Below the pieces are notes generated by a model that was not told the origin of the DNA, searched no databases, and saw nothing but the letters and a program-made list of their open reading frames with translations. The position numbers and the translations under genes were made by a program. Positions 46,259 to 52,207 of a DNA stretch of 52,207 nucleotides are shown here, piece after piece (the first letter of the stretch is position 1; each line of letters opens with the position of its first letter). This DNA is from Aquificaceae bacterium (GTDB lineage: Bacteria; Aquificota; Aquificia; Aquificales; Aquificaceae), in contig WFYM01000015.1 in NCBI GenBank assembly GCA_015490115.1, forward strand, positions 1 to 52,207, in the 5' to 3' direction.

Positions 46259-48529
46259 TTAATCTAAGCACCTCTTTATGAGTTCCCCCTTCCTCATCCT
46301 GAGAGCCTCGGGACCCATAAGGAACACGCAGAAGGTCCTCAAGATCCTCTCGTCTATTAAGAAGCCCCCCCTGTTTCCTTCGAGTCTGTTCAGGACCTGC
46401 CTTGCCTCCTTTTTCGCCCTTTCCCTGTTTTCGTCTCCGAGCCTGTCCCTTATGAGGGTCTCAATGAGCCTATCTTCCAATTCCCCTCCGAAGTAGGACC
46501 TCAAAGTCTCCAAAAAAGCGTCCGTCTCCTCCCCTATCTTCGGTGGCTTTAGACCTTCCTCCGAGAGGAGCCTCTTGAGGAGGTTCGCCCTCACGTGACC
46601 TATACCCTTTATCCCTCCGAGGGCTGAGAACTCGGGGCTTATACCGTATTTTATCGAGTGGGCTATCTCCAGTATCTCCCTGTTCGTCCAGTCTATGTCG
46701 CCGAAGCTCCTTATGTCTAAGAGGACCCTGATGAGGTGTAGGACGTCCGTCCCGAGGTAAGAGAACTCCCCCGGAGGGTGCTGGAGGTTCCTGTATTTGA
46801 AGGTGAGACCCTCAACGTAGAAGAGGAGCTGGTGGGTGTTGTCCCTGAAGCACTCCTGACCGCAAGGGGCTACCTTCGACCTCACATACATGTCGTCCTC
46901 CGGGAACGTCTCTCCCCCTCTTACGAAGTCGTAGAGACCTTCAAAGGTCTTCATAAAGAGGAGGGGTCTCACAACGACTATCTTTTCGAGTCCGAGGAGC
47001 TTCCTCCTCAAAAACTCCTCGTAGCTCACGGGTGACATCCCGGATCTCACGCAAAAGAGAGCCTTTTCCGAGAGCCTCTTCCCCTCTATGTATCCCTTTT
47101 CTTTTAGCCAATCGTAGACCTCGTCTATTAAGGGGTCCCTCGCGAGGTCTTTGAGAGAATAAGTCCTCTCCAAAAACCTCCTGAAGTTTTCGCCTTCGTA
47201 GAGGTATCCGATCAGGAGGAAGAGGCTAAGGACCTTCTCGACCTCCTCTATCTCCGTCCCCTCCTCTATGGACTCCTTTATGTAAGGCTTTAGCTCCCCT
47301 TCCATCTTTTTCCTTATCTCCTCCTCTACGGTCCTCGGCTTCGCACCGTAGGGGAGTATGTAGGAGTAGCCCCTCTCCTTTATGCCGAGCCTTCCAGCCC
47401 TCCCCTCCATCTGGAGTATGTCGAGCTGGGAGGGAAAGACCTTCCACCTTCTTTCCTTCCTGTCGTAGAAAGCTCTCACACCTATGATCACCGCGTCAGC
47501 GGGGAGGTTAACCCCGTAAGCCAAGGTGCTTGTAGCTATAAGGACCTTCAGCTTTCCTTCCCTGAAGGCTCTCTCTATCTTCTCCCTCTCCTCCTTCGGG
47601 ACGTCCGCGTTGTGGAAGGCTATCTCCGGTTCACCTTCAGTTCTCTTCTCGAAGGGGAGGGTCTCGTTCATGACGGGTATCCTCTCCGAGTCCGCCATCT
47701 CGATCATCCTCCAACCCACCCCCTTCTTGTGGACGAAGACTATCACCTGATCTTCTTTGCCCTTAAGCTCGTAAAGGGCTGAGAGCATCTTGGAAGCCAT
47801 CCTTTCCTCCTGATCCTTTGGCTTCGTGAACTCGGGAAACTCGGTGAGGGGAATTATCCTCCTCTCCAAGGGGACCGGTCTCCAGAGGGACTCTATGAAG
47901 AGTTCAGCCTTTATCCACTTTGCAAGTTCGAGGCTACCCGGAAGGGTAGCGGAAAGCCCCAAAAGGTCCACCCCCGACTCTAAGAGGTAGGTCACAAGCT
48001 CCTCAACCACCCACCCCCTCGAACCCGTGATGTGGTGGATCTCGTCGATAACTACAGCCGAGACCTCCTCGACCCAAGGGAGCCTGTTCCTGAGGGCGAG
48101 GGCGAGGTTCTCGTAGGTGGAGACCACAACGTCCGACTTGATCGGTCTGTATACCTCGATTATGTCTCCGGTCCTCACGTCTATCTTCCTGCCGAAGAGT
48201 TTTCTCAGCTCAACAACCTTCTCGTATACGAGGGATTTGGTAGGTGCTGTGTAGACCTTCCTACCTTCTCTGTCCTTCATAAAGATGAAAGCTGTGAGGC
48301 TCTTCCCCGCGGAGGTGGGGGCTGTCACCAAAGCGTTCCCCCTTCTGTATTTCTTGAAAAAGAGCGTCTGGATAGGGTTGAGGAGTCTGTATGGGACCCT
48401 CTCGTCCACCTCCTCTCCTTTGACGAGCTTTTCCCTCTTCGGTCTTCCGGAGGGGGTCTTGTAGACCACCTCACCCGAAGGAGGGTCTATGGAGAAGGTG
48501 GAACTCTCGAGGACTATGTAGTGCTTCAT
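46259..48529 (-). CDS. Ski2-like SF2 helicase (Hel308/Hjm-like)
   Basis: Q-motif LNPIQ, APTSAGKS, PTKSLV.E, DEIH, LSAT, FHNA, TSTLAYGVNLPA, QMEGRAGR and HhH GIKGIG.VRA. Confidence 0.88.
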   Translation of the reverse strand: MKHYIVLESSTFSIDPPSGEVVYKTPSGRPKREKLVKGEEVDERVPYRLLNPIQTLFFKKYRRGNALVTAPTSAGKSLTAFIFMKDREGRKVYTAPTKSLVYEKVVELRKLFGRKIDVRTGDIIEVYRPIKSDVVVSTYENLALALRNRLPWVEEVSAVVIDEIHHITGSRGWVVEELVTYLLESGVDLLGLSATLPGSLELAKWIKAELFIESLWRPVPLERRIIPLTEFPEFTKPKDQEERMASKMLSALYELKGKEDQVIVFVHKKGVGWRMIEMADSERIPVMNETLPFEKRTEGEPEIAFHNADVPKEEREKIERAFREGKLKVLIATSTLAYGVNLPADAVIIGVRAFYDRKERRWKVFPSQLDILQMEGRAGRLGIKERGYSYILPYGAKPRTVEEEIRKKMEGELKPYIKESIEEGTEIEEVEKVLSLFLLIGYLYEGENFRRFLERTYSLKDLARDPLIDEVYDWLKEKGYIEGKRLSEKALFCVRSGMSPVSYEEFLRRKLLGLEKIVVVRPLLFMKTFEGLYDFVRGGETFPEDDMYVRSKVAPCGQECFRDNTHQLLFYVEGLTFKYRNLQHPPGEFSYLGTDVLHLIRVLLDIRSFGDIDWTNREILEIAHSIKYGISPEFSALGGIKGIGHVRANLLKRLLSEEGLKPPKIGEETDAFLETLRSYFGGELEDRLIETLIRDRLGDENRERAKKEARQVLNRLEGNRGGFLIDERILRTFCVFLMGPEALRMRKGELIKRCLD

Positions 48530-49386
48530 CTTTTCTCAAGAGCCTTTTTCCTTATAGGGAATAGGACCCTCTCGCTCCTTACCTTTCCGTCGGGAGTTAT
48601 GTAGAACCTACCGCCCGCACCGTCCCTTATGTCCTTAGGAACGAGTCCAGCCCTCACGAGTTCCTCCAAGCTCCTCGGCTTTCTTCCGAACCTCCTCTCG
48701 AAGACCCTCATGGCTTCGTATATCTTCTTTGCCCTCTCGAGGGTGACTATCCTAACCCTTATGGCTCCCTTCATGCTCTCGCTCTTCATAACTTTGAGCT
48801 GTTCTCTTAAGAGTGCGAGGGCGACCTCCAGCTTCCCTTCTTCGTAGTATAACCTCGAAGCGAGGAGGGGAAGCAAATTGTACTCCCTCGCCTGAGGGTG
48901 CTTGGCAGCCAAAGACAGATACTTCGCACCTTTTAAGTTGTCCCCGAGGAAGTAGAAGTAGTTAAAACCTATGTAGAAGGGTATCCTCCAGTCGTTGACG
49001 TATCTCATACCTCTCTTGAGGAGGTCTATCGCCTCCCTGTAGAGACCCGTCTCCCATGTTAGGAAGGCGTTTCCAACGTAGTAGGGATCGAAGTATCTCG
49101 GGTTGTAAAGGGTAACGGCGTAGAGGGCGTCGTATACTTTGAGGGCTGTTTCCCTTTTCATAGGTCCCCTTTCTAAGGAGTAGCCTAAAAAGGCGAGGGT
49201 GTTGACGAACCCGATGTCCGAAAGACCCCAAGAAAGGTCCCTCGGGACGAAGAGAAGATACATCCTCGTCGGGAGCAGATACCTCTCCTCCACACCACCT
49301 CTTATTTCCTTCGCTAAGAAAAACGAAAGAAGGAGCGAGGAGAAGAACAGAATAGTCCCGAGCGCTCCCGCTGTCCATACCCTCAA
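48526..49386 (-). CDS. Membrane-anchored TPR-like protein (XapA/PilG-like)
   Basis: N-terminal TM; P.YFDPYY.GNAFLTW, WRIPFYIGFNYFYFL and C-terminal P.SLEELV.AG......D..GG.FY. Coupled to the ABC genes. Confidence 0.6.
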   Translation of the reverse strand: MRVWTAGALGTILFFSSLLLSFFLAKEIRGGVEERYLLPTRMYLLFVPRDLSWGLSDIGFVNTLAFLGYSLERGPMKRETALKVYDALYAVTLYNPRYFDPYYVGNAFLTWETGLYREAIDLLKRGMRYVNDWRIPFYIGFNYFYFLGDNLKGAKYLSLAAKHPQAREYNLLPLLASRLYYEEGKLEVALALLREQLKVMKSESMKGAIRVRIVTLERAKKIYEAMRVFERRFGRKPRSLEELVRAGLVPKDIRDGAGGRFYITPDGKVRSERVLFPIRKKALEKR

Positions 49387-50186
49387 GCCAGCTCCCTCCT
49401 CCTGAAGATCAGCGAACCCACGGAAAGGAGAAAGCCCGAATACGCGAGGGACTTTGCAATGTCAAGGGAAAAGTATTTTAGGTTTATCTTTTGAAGACCA
49501 AGGACCGCGTCAGGTCCCGGGGAGGAGAAGCTGGGAAGCACGTAAAAAAGGAAGGTGACCGTATACCTCACGAGGTCCGGGACCCTCTCCTTCTCCACAC
49601 TCACGAAGTGGTAGAGGTTCTCTATCGAAGATCCCGCTATCAGAACTACGACGCTCGCGAGGAATACGAGGAAGAAGTTGGACATGAAGGTGGAGAAGAA
49701 GAGGACCACGATCGAGAGGAGGAAGGTTTTTACCCAAAGTGAGAGTAAAACGAAAAGACCCGCGCTCAAGTGAAGCTCCTTCCTGAAGACGCTGACCGTC
49801 ACCTCGTTTAGGAACCAGACGATAAGGAGGAAGAAAAGACCAAGGACAAAAACGAAGGAGAGGGTAAAGACGAAAAACCCGAAAGCCCTCCCCAAAAGGT
49901 AAGCTTCCCTCGTCACACCCTTAGAGAGGACGAGGTATACGCTCTTCTTCTCTATGTCCTTTGCCATGGTGTCCGTGGCTATGAAGAGGGTGGAGAGGAA
50001 CAGGAAAAAGCTGAGGAAAGAATAGCTGTAGTCCGCGAGGACCTTAGAGGGGTCTTGAAGGGAGAATTCCATGAGCATCCTCGAAAAGAGGAGGGAGAGA
50101 AGGTATACGACAACAACACCGTAGAAACTCCTTCTCCTTACGTTCTCCTTTAAAGTTATGTAAGCGAAGCCCAAGAGGAACCTCAT
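49383..50186 (-). CDS. ABC-2 type transporter permease (PilI/XapB-like)
   Basis: About 6 TM; DIEKKSVYLVLSK.VTR..YLLG motif and C-terminal IFRRREL. Start ATG 50186. Confidence 0.85.
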   Translation of the reverse strand: MRFLLGFAYITLKENVRRRSFYGVVVVYLLSLLFSRMLMEFSLQDPSKVLADYSYSFLSFFLFLSTLFIATDTMAKDIEKKSVYLVLSKGVTREAYLLGRAFGFFVFTLSFVFVLGLFFLLIVWFLNEVTVSVFRKELHLSAGLFVLLSLWVKTFLLSIVVLFFSTFMSNFFLVFLASVVVLIAGSSIENLYHFVSVEKERVPDLVRYTVTFLFYVLPSFSSPGPDAVLGLQKINLKYFSLDIAKSLAYSGFLLSVGSLIFRRRELA

Positions 50187-50902
50187 AGGACCTCCCTGAC
50201 CCCTATCTCCCTTACCCTCTCCATGAATATCTCCTCTATGTTCTGGAGTTCTCCCGATTCGACGACGTCCGTTATCCTCCCGTCTATGATCACGCAAGCC
50301 CTGTCGCATATCCTCTCAACGTCTGGGAGTATGTGGGTGCTGAAGAAGACGGTCTTTCCCCTCTCTTTCAGTTCGAGTATGAGGTCAGCCACCAACCTTC
50401 TACCTATGGGGTCGAGTCCAGACATGGGTTCGTCGAGGATGAGGAGTTCAGGCTCTCCAACGACAGCCTGAAGTAGCCCGAACCTCTGGAGCATCCCCTT
50501 TGAGTATTCGGAGAGCTTCTTGTCCATAGCCCAGTCTATCTGGAGCTTTTCCGCATAGTAGCTCACCCTCTCCCAGAAGAGGCTACCTTCGGGGTAGAGG
50601 GAGAGCTGGAGAAACTTGAGAAACTCCCTTCCTGTTACGTTCGTGTAGAAGTAGGGGTGTTCGGGGAGAAAGCCCACCCTCTTCCTTACCTCCGGATCGG
50701 AGCTTGGTCTCCCGAAGAGGAGGACCTCTCCCGAGTCGGGTCTTATAAGGTCCATGATCACCTTCATCGTTGTGGACTTCCCGGCTCCGTTCGGACCCAC
50801 GAAGCCAAAGACCTCACCCGATCTCACCGAGAAGGAAACGCCCTTCAGGACCTCGGCTTTTCCGAAAGACTTTCTCACTTCCTTTACGAGGAGTATCTCC
50901 AT
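50183..50902 (-). CDS. ABC transporter ATP-binding protein (PilH/XapD-like)
   Basis: GPNGAGKSTT, GFLPEHPYFY, signature YSKGMLQR, LILDEPMSGLDP.GR and STH. Start ATG 50902. Confidence 0.93.
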   Translation of the reverse strand: MEILLVKEVRKSFGKAEVLKGVSFSVRSGEVFGFVGPNGAGKSTTMKVIMDLIRPDSGEVLLFGRPSSDPEVRKRVGFLPEHPYFYTNVTGREFLKFLQLSLYPEGSLFWERVSYYAEKLQIDWAMDKKLSEYSKGMLQRFGLLQAVVGEPELLILDEPMSGLDPIGRRLVADLILELKERGKTVFFSTHILPDVERICDRACVIIDGRITDVVESGELQNIEEIFMERVREIGVREVL

Positions 50903-50927
50903 AGGACGGATGCTAAAATTATACTCC

Positions 50928-52070
50928 ATGCTTCTGGGAGTTCTGAAGGAGAGGTATCCCAACGAGAAGAGGGTAGCCCTCGTTCCGGCTGACGTGGAGA
51001 GGCTGAAGAAAAAGGGTCATGAAGTTTTGGTGGAAAAGGGTGCCGGTGAGAGGGCGGGCTTTCCCGACGAAGAATACGAAAGGGCTGGAGCTGAGGTCAC
51101 CTCGAGGGAGGAGGTCCTGAAGAGGTCGGAACTTATCGTCTCCGTCAGGAACCTCTCCGCAGACAGGGAGAACTTCCTGAAGGAAGCTAAGGCTTATGAA
51201 GGGAAGACCTTGATAGGTTTTCTCGACCCCTTCGGTGTTCGGGACCTTCTCCCGAAGGTAAAGGAACTCAGGATAACAGCCTTCGCTGTGGAACTCGTCC
51301 CGAGGACTACGAAAGCCCAAAGCGTTGACGCCCTCTCCTCTCAAGCTACAGTCGCCGGCTACAAGGCTGTCCTCATAGGAGCTGACCTTCTCCCTAAGAT
51401 GTTCCCCATGCTCATGACAGCTGCGGGGACAGTCCTTCCCGCGAACGTATTCGTCATAGGAGCCGGGGTTGCGGGTCTCCAAGCCATAGCTACAGCGAAG
51501 AGGCTCGGAGCTGTCGTCTACGCCTACGACATAAGACCAGCTGTGAAGGAGCAGGTAGAAAGCCTCGGGGCTAAGTTCGTGAGCCTCGGTCTCGAGACGG
51601 AAGAAGCTGAAGACAAGGGAGGTTACGCTAAAGCTATGGACGAGGAGTTCTACAAAAGGCAGAGGGAGCTGATGAAAGATCAGGTTTCAAAGAGCGACCT
51701 TGTAATATGCACGGCGGTGGTTCCCGGGAAGAAGGCTCCCCTCCTCATAACTGAGGACATGGTAAGGGGTATGAAGAGGGGGTCGGTTATAGTAGACCTC
51801 GCAGCTGAGAGGGGAGGGAACTGTGAGCTGACGGAACCGGGGAAGGTGGTCGAGAGATACGGTGTGAAGATAGTGGGTGCTTTGAACCTCCCCTCGGAGG
51901 TCCCTTACGACGCCAGCCTTATGTATTCAAAGAACATGCTCAACTTCCTCAACTTGATACTGAAGGACGGAAGGATCAGCACCGAAGACGATATAGCCAA
52001 AGAGACCCTGCTCTTTAGGGAGGGTGAGCTTGTGAGCGAGAGGATAAAGGAGTTTTTGGAGGTGGGCTGA
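50928..52070 (+). CDS. pntA: NAD(P) transhydrogenase subunit alpha part 1 (dI)
   Basis: E.RVALVP, VPRTTKAQSVDALSS, GAGVAGLQAIATA, GGYAK and DLAAERGGNCE. Start ATG 50928. Confidence 0.95.
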   Translation: MLLGVLKERYPNEKRVALVPADVERLKKKGHEVLVEKGAGERAGFPDEEYERAGAEVTSREEVLKRSELIVSVRNLSADRENFLKEAKAYEGKTLIGFLDPFGVRDLLPKVKELRITAFAVELVPRTTKAQSVDALSSQATVAGYKAVLIGADLLPKMFPMLMTAAGTVLPANVFVIGAGVAGLQAIATAKRLGAVVYAYDIRPAVKEQVESLGAKFVSLGLETEEAEDKGGYAKAMDEEFYKRQRELMKDQVSKSDLVICTAVVPGKKAPLLITEDMVRGMKRGSVIVDLAAERGGNCELTEPGKVVERYGVKIVGALNLPSEVPYDASLMYSKNMLNFLNLILKDGRISTEDDIAKETLLFREGELVSERIKEFLEVG

Positions 52071-52207
52071 TGGAAGACATAGCCATGTATATCACCGTCT
52101 TCGTCCTTTCCATGTTCGTCGGCTTTGAGGTGATAACGAAGGTCCCGCCGACCCTCCACACACCCCTCATGTCCGGTGCCAACGCCATATCCGGGATAAC
52201 CATAGTG
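52070..52207 (+). CDS. NAD(P) transhydrogenase subunit alpha part 2 (membrane), truncated by window end
   Basis: ATG 52070 (TGATG coupling) reads MEDIAMYITVFVLSMFVGFEVITKVPPTLHTPLMSGANAISGITIV, containing the diagnostic LHTPLMS.NAISG. Confidence 0.9.
   Translation, partial: MEDIAMYITVFVLSMFVGFEVITKVPPTLHTPLMSGANAISGITIV

Overview
A gene-dense chromosomal window, most likely from a thermophilic Aquificaceae bacterium (Aquifex/Hydrogenivirga-like). This is inferred from Lys/Glu/Arg-rich proteins, a Hydrogenobacter-type PspB, an archaeal-type ADH synthase and tightly overlapping genes. It holds about 58 CDS plus tRNA-Ser(GGA), mostly housekeeping (purA, queC, pilD, secF, hpf, fabI, gpsA, rsgA, prmA, murE, hpt, rimI, corA, mltG, ruvX, hemC, aroK, ychF, epmA, metF, moaD, gltX, pntA). 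I saw no CRISPR array, integrase, transposase or rRNA. The most interesting signals are: (1) a tandem ferritin-like protein ending in an encapsulin cargo-loading-like peptide (FTVGDLR), with no encapsulin gene in the window; (2) an unannotated protein made of two degenerate encapsulated-ferritin-like hairpins and three CsbD/YjbJ-like repeats, ending in an FtsZ-tail-like motif; (3) a secreted S-layer-like domain fused to a diheme c-type cytochrome; (4) an OprC-type copper TonB-dependent receptor locus with a 50-bp nested-palindrome operator; (5) a GC-rich possible pseudoknot in the only non-overlapping convergent junction; (6) systematic 18-34 bp divergent junctions with overlapping -10 boxes and apparently leaderless genes; (7) a Xap/PilGHI-like ABC module next to an archaeal-type Hel308 helicase. 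All family calls come from motif recognition by eye; no database search was run.
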